Positions 23,880 through 35,752 of a DNA stretch of 64,000 nucleotides are shown piece by piece. This stretch comes from Sphyrna mokarran (taxonomy: Eukaryota), in the NCBI GenBank assembly GCA_024679065.1, contig JAGIQG010000023.1, positions 10,292,001-10,356,000 of the forward strand, in the 5' to 3' direction. The notes beneath the pieces were generated by a model, which saw only the letters and a program-made list of their open reading frames with translations, searched no databases and had not been told where the DNA came from. The position numbers were made by a program, and so were the translations under genes. How positions within the stretch are numbered: position 1 is the first letter of the stretch; every line of letters begins with the position of its first letter.

Positions 23880-25705
23880 GCAGCTAGAGGGCAGAGGTCA
23901 GGGAAACTGAAACAAACCCTATTGTAGTGTGTCCATATTTCTGAAAATGGATTGCAAACAGAGAGGGAGGAACACTGGAAAATCATCAGGGATCTGGTTC
24001 TAAGGGAATGGTTGGAGCTACCAGCTGACAAGTGCTTGGATCCTGATGGACTTCATTCCAGGGTCTTAGAAGAAGAAGCAGCTAGTGAGGTCGTTGGTGT
24101 GTTGGTTTTAATTATCTGAAACACTCCTACGTTTGGGGAAGGTCCCATTAGATTAGAAGATGGAGAGAGACAATCAAAGTGGGAAATTACAGGACAATTA
24201 ATTTACATCTGCTCTAGGGAAAATATTTGAAGCTACTATTTAAAAAGTGACAGCAGATGACTGGGATTGGCTCCAGGAAATCCAGCACTGTAAACATCAT
24301 TAAATCATGGTCACATTGAACAAGCTTACTGAAGTTACATAGAAAAATAGGAAAATAGAAGCATGATTAAGTCATTTGGCCCTTCGAGCCTTTGCTATTC
24401 AACATGATCATGGCTGGTCCTCTACCTCAGCACCATCTTTCCATTCTCTCCTTATAACCCTTGAACTGTTTAGAGCCTAAAAATCTATTTCCTCTTTAAA
24501 TATTTTCAGTGACTTGACCTCTACAGCTTTCTGTGGTAGAGAATTCCAGAGGTTCACCATCCTCTGCATGAAGAAATTTTTTATTCATTCATGGGGTATA
24601 GGCATCGCTGATTGGCTAGCATTTATTGCCATCCCTAATTGCCCTCGGTGGGCAGTTAAGAATCAACTACATTGCTATGGCTCTGGAGCCACACATAGGC
24701 CAGAGCAGGTAAGGACAGCAGATTTCCTTCCCTAAAGGACATCAGTGAACCAGAAGAGTTTTTCCTGACAATTGACCATGGTTTTACAGTCATCAGTAGA
24801 TTCTTAATTCCAGATTTTTTTTATTGAATTCAAATTCTACCATCTGCCATGGCAGGATTTGAACCCGGATCTTCAGAACATTAACCAAACTTCTGGATTA
24901 ATAGCTAAAGATAATACCACTAAGGCCATCGCCTCTCTTCCTTGTCTTATCTCCTCTTCCTACCCTATATCCTGAGCCTATGACCGCTTTCCGTAGACCC
25001 TCCAGCCAGAGGAAACAACATCCCTGCATCCCCTGGGTCTGTCCAGCCCTGGAAGAATTTTATGCATCTCAATTAGATCCCTTCACATTCTTCTAAATTC
25101 CAGTGAATTAGGCCTTGTTGACCCAATCTCCCCTCATAAGACAATCCTGCCATCCCAAGAATAAGCCTGGTGAGCCTTCACTGCACTCCCTCTATAGAAA
25201 GTATTTATATTATCTTATTGTTAATATATTATTAAATATATTGAACCTGCACACAGTACTCCAAATGTGATCTTAGCAATGCCCTATATAGGTGCAGTCA
25301 GACAGTCTTGCTCCTGTACTCAAGTCATGAAGACCAACATTCCATTTGTCTTCCTTGCTTCTTGCTGTTCCTGCAAGCTTGCTTTCATTGACTGGTATAC
25401 CAGAACACCCTGGTGTCTTTCTGTATCAAATTTCCCAATCTATCAAATTTTGCACAACACTGTGTCATTCTGTTTCTCCATCTGAAGTGGGTAACTTCAC
25501 ATTAATCCACATTATATTATCCCTGCCGTGTATTTACCCACTCACTGAACTTTTCTAATTTATCTTGAAGCCTTTTAACATCCTTCTCATCACTCACATT
25601 CCCATTATGTTCTGTGTGATCAACAAACTTCGATATGTTACATTTGGTTCCCTCATCCAAATAATTGATATAGATTGTGAACATATGGGGCCCAAACACC
25701 GATCC
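23880..25705. mobile_element. Degraded CR1 fragments on both strands with a nested tRNA-derived SINE (24590-24935, minus)
   Basis: Plus strand resembles DK.PGPDG..PRVL. Minus strand GSVFGPHMFTIYINYLDEG..ISKFVD. The nested repeat matches 33665-34015. Confidence 0.7.
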
Positions 25706-26044
25706 CTTTTTTTGAGTGTAGTTTCCTAAGATTCCCTCCAAGTAATTCACATTTGAGACACAAACAATTAGAAGCATTGAAGGCTAGTTACTGAGAGAAA
25801 TTGTTTGCCATAATTTTTATATTAACTCATTTACAGCATCATTGCTTCTATCCTGATCTGAAACATCATTGTCTAAAGACAGACATTGTAGTTCAGGATG
25901 CCTGCAGGACTGAGGGACATTGAGACCTGGATGTGTCGGTGAGATTGCAACATGATGGACCCTGAATGAGATGTAGAAGTGGTTAGAGTTGGAACATTTG
26001 ATTTTTAGATCTTCAGTCAGTATCTGAATGTTTCTTTCCCACAG

Positions 26045-26368
26045 AACCTGTCTCTGTTCCTGAACTTAGATTTTCATCACCACCAAATGCCTCATGTTCT
26101 GGGGGCTCAGTGTCTGTCTCCTGTGAGTCTGTCCAGGGATCACTTCCCATTCAGTACTCATGGTATGAAAAGACCCCGTCTGAAGACTCAAAGATCTCTG
26201 ACACCAATAAACTGGATCTACATTGTCAATCCTTCACACAGCGACATCATCAATATTACTGCACAGCCTCAAATAACCAGGGAAACAAATCCAGTGAAAT
26301 GGTTACAGTGTCAGTGATCAACAGATCAAGAGAGAATTGCAGTTATGTGACACAAATCAACAGTGTTG
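26045..26368 (+). CDS. Gene A exon: membrane-proximal C2-type Ig domain C3
   Basis: ttcccacag acceptor, 324 nt, G|gtaagt. EPVSVPELRFSSPPNASCSGG...ENCSYVTQINSV. Confidence 0.9.
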
Positions 26369-27647
26369 GTAAGTGACTCTATAAAATACCAATATAAACT
26401 GAATTTTTAAAAATGTTTATCCAAATTGCCTACAACCAAAGTTGGTTCAGTCTCTCAGCAACTGGAACTGGTCACATTGCTTCTATCTGGTCCCTGATGA
26501 TCTGCATTTTTGATGGAAATGAAATCATGAAATATAGTAGACATTCCAGTTACCCCACAAAATCAAAAGGAAGCTTGATTCACTGAGAGTTTAGAAAGCC
26601 ATTTGCCTATTTCTAAATGGAACCTCTAATGTCTCCCGGCTTGTCTCAATGTGAAAGATTTTTAACACTGAAACATTAAATATTCTTTTAAAGCAGCCAA
26701 TACCTGTTCTCATTTGTTCACAGTGAGTCAACGCAGTAATTCTCTGTTAAAGGAGCAGTTTGTTCCTACACATATTTGGTGAAGAAAATCAGCCTGTGAA
26801 GTTTGTTGCATTGAGCTGTGCTTCTGGAAGGTTCTGTATCAGTGCAACTCATTTCTCACATTTTGTACCGGATTCTTCACTGAAACAAACCCAGTTGTGG
26901 GAGTTCTCCATGGTGGCAGGGCGGGGCGGGGTGGGTGTTGTTTGGTGAGGGGGATGTGTGGGAATGGTTGGAGGGGGTGGTTGGAGGGGGAGGCTCTACT
27001 GAAGCTACACAATTTAATTCTATAAAATAGTCAGAAAATCCACTGCCCATGAGCAATGTTTCCTGTCATTGACGTAAGAACAGAAAACTGTCCTCTAGAC
27101 AGAGGGAACAACCATTTGTCAATAATAGCCAGAGACTGGTTGATGTATTCACATGACATTTGTCTATTACTTTAACAGAAAGTTTCCTTAAACAGTGAAA
27201 CTCCATCAAATATTAACCACCTCTCCACTCAGCAACAGCAGTAATTCCACATTCAATATTTCACTGTGTTTCCATTTTAGAACTGACCTCCAAGACATTA
27301 TTATAATGTTTGTTGTGCCTCCAGGAACAGATTGTCCAGTGGTGGCAGAGTCCAGCTCTCTGACAAAAAGTTCCCTTCCCGTTTCAAGAAGGCAGAGCTG
27401 GCTATATCTGAATTAACAACCTCGGTCCTTGCTAATAACTGTAAGATCAATTTCCAGGCATAGAAACAAAATACAAATATTTTGTATAAACTAGGCCCTT
27501 TCCCAACTATCACACAGGGAACTTTAGAGCGAAATGAATTCTCCCAAATCCATTCTCCCAGCCAAGTCCTGAGATTCCATTTGTGAAGACGGCTCTCTCG
27601 GTTGACTTAATCAGATAGATCCGAATATTATCCTCTTGTCTCAATAG

Positions 27648-27732
27648 GAGCTGAATATACTTGTGAAGTTTTAACAACAAAATCACCCACGACTTCAACC
27701 ACATCTTCAGAATCTACACCTGTCAGTGAAAG
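27648..27732 (+). CDS. Gene A exon: Ser/Thr-rich stalk (GAEYTCEVLTTKSPTTSTTSSESTPVSE)
   Basis: tcttgtctcaatag acceptor, phase 1-2, AG|gtacat. Homologous to gene B exon 52079. Confidence 0.82.
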
Positions 27733-28670
27733 GTACATGTTCTCATTACAGATGCTTCCATTAACGTTGCTTTCCAATCAGAATCAATGATTATCAGTTT
27801 TGGCATGAAGATTTACAATAATTTACCTCAATGGAAATGCTAGCTGTGTTTACATGTTGCTATTGTGTTAGCTTCCTGGCAAAGTTGCTGTTTCTGTCAA
27901 TGGAAATTCAGATTAAGTGAGCTTTTTCTGTTTGCCACACCTTTGATATTGCAGCTTTCGTTCTTCATGTTAATCACTTCATCGTGAACACAATCTCATG
28001 GAGTTGTGCTTGTCACACTCCAGCGATGCCAGATTTCCTTAACCCTGTGTGTTCTGGAGTATCGCTGACAGGAACATTGCACTCACTGTCATCTTCTCCT
28101 TCTCAGTTGTCCAGTTCAATACATTGTTCCCAAACTGAGAGGGTTAAAGCCCGTTTGCTTCTGGCTGATTCCAAATTTCCTATTAGGAGGTGCACTAGGG
28201 AATTGTGAGATGACAAAAACAGAAAGTGCTTTAAAATCTCAACAGGTCTGGCAGCATCTGTGGAGAAAGAAGCAGAGTTAACATTGAGTGGAATATGATT
28301 CTATTTAGGAACAGTGTGGGATGATGTTATTGGAAGCTTTTTACTCATTGAACAGATATCTCACCATTGTTATATTGCACCAGACAATGTTGCTGTCCCA
28401 GTGACCAGTCAATTCATAACATTCTTACTTCTAAGATTTTACTCAGCATTACAGATATACTGAGGAAATTTAATGAAACCAGCTCCATTTGATCTGTATT
28501 TAATGATCATGAAGTTAATCAGTGAAACTCTAGTTGATTGCTCCAGCTAACGTGCCTTGTCTGTGTGGCGCTGCTGCAATAAGTCAGAGTGTAAAGAGGA
28601 GATTAATGTTTCAAACATGAAGCTGCTTCATTCCCTTCAAATCATTCTGTATTTCTTCCATTTTGCTCAG

Positions 28671-28761
28671 TTTCATTATCTGGAATGTGATTCGCTGGGG
28701 GCTCTTTACCCTCCTGGTGATTTGTGTTATTTCGGTCACATGGTACACGAGAAAATCTCAG
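28671..28761 (+). CDS. Gene A exon: transmembrane segment with Arg (SFIIWNVIRWGLFTLLVICVISVTWYTRKSQ)
   Basis: ttttgctcag acceptor whose phase-2 entry matches the stalk. Hydrophobic stretch, basic RK stop-transfer, CAG|gtgagg donor. Confidence 0.88.
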
Positions 28762-29469
28762 GTGAGGATTACGGAATTTACAACAATCATTCTGTAAGTT
28801 TTCCATCAATTATTTAAAAAATCATTGATCGTAAAGAGAAAAATCATTTTGTAAAGAGAAGGTTGCATTGAAATCAACGTCCCCAGGGGGAAACAGAGCC
28901 ATCGGCACCACTGGTGATTTTTTTAAAAGAGATGTAAGGGGGAGGTTTTTCACACAGGGGGCGGTGAGTGCAGAGCCAGAAGAGGTGATAAATCAGATTC
29001 TATAACAACATTCAAGAGGCATCTGGATAGAAACATGAAAAGGCAGGGAATAGAGAGATAGGACCATGTAGAGGCAAGAAAATATTAGATTAGAGAGACA
29101 TCTGTATCAGCACAGACTTGGTGGGCCTGTTCCTATATTGTTCTTTGTTCTGCCGTATTGCTCAGAACGAGTGCCATGGTGTCACACTGGTAGGACAGGC
29201 TGTGATTGAGCCCACCCTGACAGCAACTTACTTTCCAAAAGATTGAAATGCTATTTTTAAAGTCGGGCCAGATTTCTGAATGTTAAGATGGTACTGCAAT
29301 CCCCACATACACCACCCTCCCACCTCAAACACCATGTAATACCTCCACCCTCCTGCCCTCCCTCATTTCTCAATACTTCTCCTGACATTGCTTGACAATT
29401 TCCCTGGTATTTCCCTCAGCCAAGTGGCGCGAATGTTATTTGCTACATGACAGGCCAAGCGTGGATATT

Positions 29470-30150
29470 GTCTAGATCTTGCTGCAATCTTCAGTACGTG
29501 AAGAGGCACAAATCATATTAAACACTGTGCAGTCAACAGCAAACATCCCCATTTTTGACCTCATGTTGGAAAGAAGAGCATTGCTGAAGCTGGTTGGACT
29601 AAGAATCCTTTGTAACTCGTGTAGTGATGTCCTGGAACTGAGATGGCTGATCTCCAACCATAACAACCACCTTCCTTCATGCCAGGTATCACTCCAACCA
29701 ATGGAGGGCTTTCTCCCCGAGTCCCATGCATTCCGGTTTTGTTCAGGCTCTTTGATGCCTGAATCAGTCAATTGCTGCCTTGATATCAAGGGCAGTCACT
29801 CTCACCTCACCTCTGGCATTCAGCTCTTTTGTCCATGTTTTAACAAAGGCTATAATAGGGTCAGGAGTTGAGTGACCCTGGCTGACCCCAAACTGAGCAT
29901 CCACGAGCAGCTTATTGATGAGTAAATGCCTCTTGATGGCGCTGTTGATGACCTTTTCCATCACTTTACTTATTATTGAGATTTAACTGATGGGGCAGTA
30001 ATTGGCCAGGTTGGATTTGTCCTTTTTATGGAAACATAACTGAGCAATTTTCCAAGTGCCGGGAAATGCCAATATTGTAGCTGTACTGGACCAGCTTGCC
30101 TAGAGGTGCAGCAGGTTCTGGAGCAGAAGCCTTCACTATTATTGCCAGAG
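29470..30150 (-). mobile_element. LINE RT fragment (CR1/L2-like); duplicate at ~55400-56090
   Basis: MEKVINSAIKRHL..DAQFG..GHSTPD..ALDIKAA. Confidence 0.75.
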
Positions 30151-30371
30151 AATTAATCACAGCCAGAAGGAAATATTAGTTACCCATGAGAAAGTAATGT
30201 TACATTTCTTAATGTGGAATACAAATAACAATTCTTCCCAGCAATGGGTGATCAATGTGATCTCGAAACTGCCCCAAATTGTTGCCATTTCTAGAATTCT
30301 GTTCAAGACTGAAATGTCAATTGATACATCGTTCTCCCAGTCTCAATGAATCCAATGATTTTCTTTTCCAG

Positions 30372-30522
30372 TGACTCAACGAATCCGATGCTCACAGTTG
30401 GACCAAAGTGGGAAAATGAAGACTCCAGGATTCTATCTACATCGACAGAATTTTGCATCCTGGTCAAACATCCATTCCTCATCCAGCTTTGAACATTTCT
30501 CTTGACAAATCTACAGAATAAA
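30372..30522 (+). other. Gene A putative terminal exon (TGA as first codon in phase 0, then 3' UTR, AATAAA 30517-30522)
   Basis: gattttcttttccag acceptor. The paralogous exon in gene B is open for 15 codons. Poly(A) signal followed by a GT/T-rich tract. Confidence 0.6.
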
Positions 30523-31719
30523 ATGTTTTTTGTCATTTAATGATTTTAACCAAAACTTTAGTGCTGGGTCCTTCAAGTTGCATATCTACATCTGGACAAC
30601 AACTGATCTGTTTGCTGACTTAAGGTCGAGAATTCTCATTTCATATTCTTACCTTAATCTCTGTTAATTTAAAGAGTAGCACAATCTGTAAGAAATAGAC
30701 AATATGATTTTTGCAGTCACTGGAAACAATTCGCTCCAATGCTATGTTCCACGTTGAATGTGCCTGTATAACAATAGGATGGGAGTCACACTCGTTTCAA
30801 TGAGAAGTTGTTTTCTCGAGATGGCATCAGAATGAGGTGACGTCTTGCAAGCTGTGCCCAGTATATCTTCTAATTCTATCTTTTACTCTTGTTCCACACT
30901 TTAAAACTTTGTTCTAACTCTTTTAAACTACGACTGTATTGCTACATTCTGCACTTGCTCCATTCCTTCTCTGTGAACAGTATGCTTTGTCTGTATAAAA
31001 CACAAGAAACTAAACTTTTCACTGTATAGCAATATCTGTGACAACAATAAAACAAATCAAATCAAGCATGTATTTCCTTTTACTTCAGAAAGCTGAATTT
31101 CTCTTAATTTCATGCTGTTATGATTTCACCTTTATTTTAGCAAACACAATCTACACTCTGAAAATTTCCCTGTTTCCCAATGTTTACAAGTTCAGTTTCA
31201 AGTCTGAAGCCTAATTCCCCGTCTGAATTCCACCTTACTTGTTCCCCCTCCGCACTGGGTCTCTGTGTGTGTGGGAAATCTGCTCGACAACAGCCAGTCC
31301 TGGATGGTCGAAAATTACAACTGCACATTGTGAACAGTGAAGCCATTGTCTTTATCCCCACAAGAAACATCTTTGACTCCATCTACCTCCCTGTCCAATT
31401 GTGTCCTCGTCCACACTGTAGGTACCTCCTCACTCAGCTATTCCAATGTCTGGGCATCTCCCATCCAGCATTAAATTCACCCCATCAAAATCCCTCTGCC
31501 AGTTTTACTGGGATAAAGGCTGTATATAAATGCAAGTTTTGCTCCTTGAACTCCACTCCACCCAGAAGGAAATAAAACAAATTCAGGATAAACCTGCCCT
31601 CAACTGGCAGGAACTGTTTTTCAAGTAGTTGCTGCTTGATTTTACTGGAGGTTGCCAATTAGCTGGTAATTCTACTGAAAACATCAGAAATCAAATTAGA
31701 GACTCCCAGTCGCTGAGCT

Positions 31720-31828
31720 ACCTACTGCCATACTGGTCTCAAAATATCTAACCGCAGAAGCTAAAAAGACACAGGCCTGGTTAGTTCTTGGATGAGAGAC
31801 TGCCTGGGAATACCAGGCACAGTCGGCT
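31720..31828 (+). pseudogene. 5S rRNA-derived pseudogene or SINE3-type head
   Basis: cctactgccatac...gaagctaa...ggcctggttagttcttggatgagagactgcctgggaataccagg follows the 5S A-box, IE and C-box, with substitutions and a deletion. Confidence 0.8.
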
Positions 31829-32055
31829 ACACAACAAGATATCCCAGTTGGTGCCAGCAATTTTCACCTGACTTCACTTGGAAACAGAGCACCTTTTGTC
31901 AATTGTACTTGGATTCAGGGAGGGGCCAATCCCAGTACTGGGATATTGAGCGTGTAATGGGGTCTGACAAGTTCAGGAGTGAATTTGGCCTCTCTCCCTC
32001 AGACTCTCAGTGTGCACGTTACAGTATGTGTCCTTCCCTCAGTCTGTCACTAAAC

Positions 32056-32260
32056 CCAAGAAGTTTATTTGGTAACAAACACCACTAGCTTTCAGGGCTT
32101 TGTTCCTTTGTCAGCTGAGTGGGGAATTCACCTCATGAAAGGGCAAAGCCCCGAAAGCTTATGGCGTTTATCACCAAATAAACCTCTTGGACTTTAACCT
32201 AGTGTTATGAGACTTCTTACTGTGTTTACCCCAGTCCAATGCCAGCATCTCCACATCATG
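32056..32260. repeat. Penelope-like palindromic element (same family as 5981-6159)
   Basis: ccaagaagtttatttggt...accaaataaacctcttgg fold-back, followed by gagacttcttactgtgtttaccccagtcca. Confidence 0.7.
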
Positions 32261-33664
32261 AATAAACCCGAGACTCAGACTATTACTGATAGTACAGTGT
32301 GAGTGTCGCTTATACAGGAGCACTTGTATTGATGTCTCTCTTTGTAGGGGTTAATGTATCTGAGGTTGAATTCCCAGCAAACCTCTCTCTTTACGGCAGC
32401 AACTTCCCCTATATCCCCATCACCCTCCCCCACCAGCGCCACTCCACCCTTCACTGTATCATAACAGAGAGACCAATTCCTTTCTCCACACGTAACAGAT
32501 TGCTGTTCGAGACCTGATTTTCTTATTGGTTTCAATAGTTGAAAAGGTTTTGTTTGATATAGAATGCTGCCAGTGTATGTTCCATCTTAAGTGAACAGAA
32601 ACTCAGTTTAACCACAATTTATTCTCTCCTCAAATAAGCTGATGCTTGATGACCAGCAGCTGAACTCTGAAAAAAATATTTTCAAGTTCATTTCACCTCA
32701 TGGTGGTTTAACCACGAGAAAAATGTGTTGCTGGTCTCAAGGTTGGTGTGTGACAGAGAGATGTGAACACACAATAGCTGTTAGGTACTAAATGAAGGGT
32801 TGTGGTTGCAATTGAGAGAAGGAGATCTGCATCGTTGCAGGACTTGTTAGAGGCAAACATCATGGTCACTGATTCATTATTGGGCTCCATGTGATACAGG
32901 TGGGGAAACAGTGAACAGGTGTACAGGCTTCATAGGAACCGCACCATGAGTAACTTACCCCAGAGGGAGGAGCTACTGAGTTGGATGAAGACTCATGATT
33001 CATAATCAAAAGCAAAGGCCAAAGCTGAGTGAAAATGGATGGATTGATTTCCATCGATTCCCAAAAATCCTGAAACAGTTAAACTGTGCTGGGAAACGAG
33101 GCTGTATTCTTGCAGCTCAGAACATTGATGGTCCTTTCTGGAATTGGGTGGCAGTTTCTTCAGGACTCATGCTTATGTTCATCAACGGTGCACCATCCCA
33201 CACTGAGCCAAGCAAGGATAAAATGTTGGCTAAGCATGGATTTTATGATCAGCGTGTGGGCCCTCACAGCCTGGTATTAAAGGAAGAGATGAGTCTACCC
33301 CCATCTCGCTGCTTTACCACTCACCCATTCAATGCCCTTTGGGATTGAGACCTCCTTCAGGATGGAAGTCTCAGTTCTGGGAATGGGCTGCCAATCAAAT
33401 GGCCCATCGTTCACACCCCATTATAGCATCGGTAAGTTCTAGACTGTGATGTTTTCAGCAATAACACTCACAAGCCAATCGCAAAGATCATTGGGGAAAT
33501 AATAATTACCCTGTTAATTAGTACATTTAATTAATTGTGAAGACTTATATTTTTTGGGCAGTGAATTCAGACACCCACCAATCTCTGTGTGAAAAGGTTT
33601 TTTTGTCTAATTTTTCTACCAGTTCCCTCAAATCTATGCCCCCTGGTAATTGATGTCTCAGCTG

Positions 33665-34015
33665 GGGGAGGTGATGGCCTATTGCTGAAGTTTTAATCCA
33701 GAAACTCAGCTAATGTTCTGTGGATTCAGGTTCAAATCCTGCAAAGGCAGATGGTGGAATTTGGAATCAATAAAAATAATCTTGAATTAAGAATCTATGG
33801 TGTCCATGAAATGATTGTCGATTGTGGGAAAAGCCCATTTAGTTCACTAATATCCTTTAGGGAGGGAAATCTTCCATCCTTAGCTGGTCTAGCTTCAATG
33901 TGACTCCAGAATCACAGCAATGTTATTGACTCTCAACTACCCTCCAAAGGTAACTAGGGATGGGCAATCAATGATGGTCAGGCAGTGACGCCCCAAGACC
34001 CATCAATGAATAAAA
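33665..34015 (+). mobile_element. Second tRNA-derived SINE family nested in a CR1 tail (other copies 41520-41785 minus, 45200-45370 minus, 59620-59970 plus)
   Basis: ggttcaaatcc B-box, ggcagatggtggaattt, agggagggaaatct, tail tagggatgggcaa...aatgaataaaaa. Confidence 0.7.
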
Positions 34016-35457
34016 AGTAACAGGCTTTTCCTGTCCATCTTATCTAGGCCATTCATTGTTTAGTACATCATAATTAGATCATCCTTCTTCTAAGGAAAAC
34101 AACTTTAGCCCATCCAATCTTCTCTTTTAGCTGTAGTTTTCCCTGCCAACATTTTTGTAAACCTCCTCTGTGCTCACTTCAGAACAATTCCGTCCTTCCT
34201 ATAATGTAATGACCAGAACTGTACACAAAATTCTAGCTGTGGCCTAACCAGTGTTTTGTACAATTCCAACATTACACCCAATAAAGGAAAGCATTCACCG
34301 ACCTCCAATTCTCCAATACTGTGCCCGTTACACTCTCGCTTTTCACTGTTTTGGCTCCGTTTTTCATCGCGTAGCCAGTCATTTTTGATGCATTAATCTT
34401 TGAACTTTGTAACAGTTGTCTTTCCAAATTTTAGGATTTTTGCTCCTGCTTTTTTTGTTCTTTTACGTAATGGTGCCAAACCTAAATGTATTAAGCTCAC
34501 TATCACCAGAATGGACCCCACTGCTACTTCATCCACTCGCTCAAGTTAACTTCCTGAGACAAAATCCAGACCCTTCCCCTCTCATTGGGCTTTTTAGTAC
34601 TGGCTAAAAAACTTCTCTTGAATTCAGTCCAAGAATGTTGTGCCCCTGTGTTGCTCACATTGTTCATTCTCCAGTTTATACTCGGGATGATTGAAGCCCC
34701 AACTGTTACTGCCCTATTGTTTCTGCATTCAGAAATGTTCCTGCGTATTTGCTCATCTAAATCTTTTCCACTACTTGGGGGGCTTATTCTGAAGGTACAT
34801 GAAGAATGGTGCTCACTGAGAGCTCAGACCATCATCAATACTGTTAATAAACAGGATATTGTGGGGAGTGCAGGCTGTGACACTCAGCTACTCATCAGCA
34901 GTCTTCAGCCCCTGCCCACTGAGCACAGTTCTTGGGAAGGTAAAGCCCTGCCTCAGGCTGATCTATATATCGTGGGTGGGTGACTGAATCGTTCCTGAGC
35001 AAATGGGACTGAAGTCCTCCCAGGCAGGAATCGTGCAGCAGGAGTTTGTTTTGCAATTGTTGATCTCAGGGGAAGGGACAATAAAAAGTTGCTCAGTGCC
35101 AGCCTGCACAGATATGGTTTTGACCACAGAACCTGTCACTTTACAGGGTGTTGAACCATTTGCTCAGATCATCATCGAGTTGTGAATAAACAGTAAATCA
35201 GCAGGTGCACTTGTGAATCTACTTCACACATTCAGCGCTCTGTGGGAAGGGGCAATGATGAATCTTCTTGTCCAACACTTGCATCATTTTATACATTTTA
35301 TACTCGAGCTCAGAAATTTCCAACCAGGGGATTCCTGAGAATGTTTCAGGGGGCCCGTTGTAAAAGGCAGATACAATTCGCCTCATTTATCGAATACATG
35401 ATTGTGTTGGTGAACAAGGACAAGCTGATTAAACTCACTCAGATTATATTTATATTC

Positions 35458-35752
35458 GGGCAGCACAGTGGCGTAGTGGTTAGCATTGCTTCCTCATAAC
35501 ACCAGATGCTTGGGTTCAATTCCTGGATTGGGTCACTGTCTGTGTATAGTTTACACTTACTTCCCTGGGTTTCCTCCGGATGCTCTGGTTTTCTCCCACA
35601 GTCCAAATGACATGCTGGTTAGGTGCATTGGCCACGCTAAATTCTCCCTCAGTGTACCCGAACAGGTGCCAGAGTACAGAGACAAAGGGATTTTCATAGT
35701 AACTTCATTGCAGTGTTAATGTAAGCCTATTTGTGACACTGATAAATAAACT
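35458..35752 (+). mobile_element. V-SINE (cacagtaac-type tail); duplicate at 61414-61708
   Basis: gggcagcacagtggcgtagtggttagc head, conserved core and tail. Confidence 0.85.

Noticed and set aside
26369-26376. C3 read-through GK* as an IgG-like secretory terminus
   Set aside because: GGTAAGTGA is simply the donor consensus, no canonical AATAAA follows closely, and the other C2 exons do not stop there.
27195-27416. Ser-rich ORF as an additional stalk exon
   Set aside because: The candidate acceptors give early stops in the required phase 1, and there is no counterpart in gene B.
28557-28817. ORF-track peptide with GEDYGIYNN as a tyrosine signalling motif (also 54562-54906)
   Set aside because: It is in a different frame from the TM helix fixed by the phase-2 stalk junction, and the tyrosines lie past the splice donor.
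31720-31828. Functional 5S rRNA gene
   Set aside because: Internal deletion, many substitutions, no T-run terminator and not in a tandem array.
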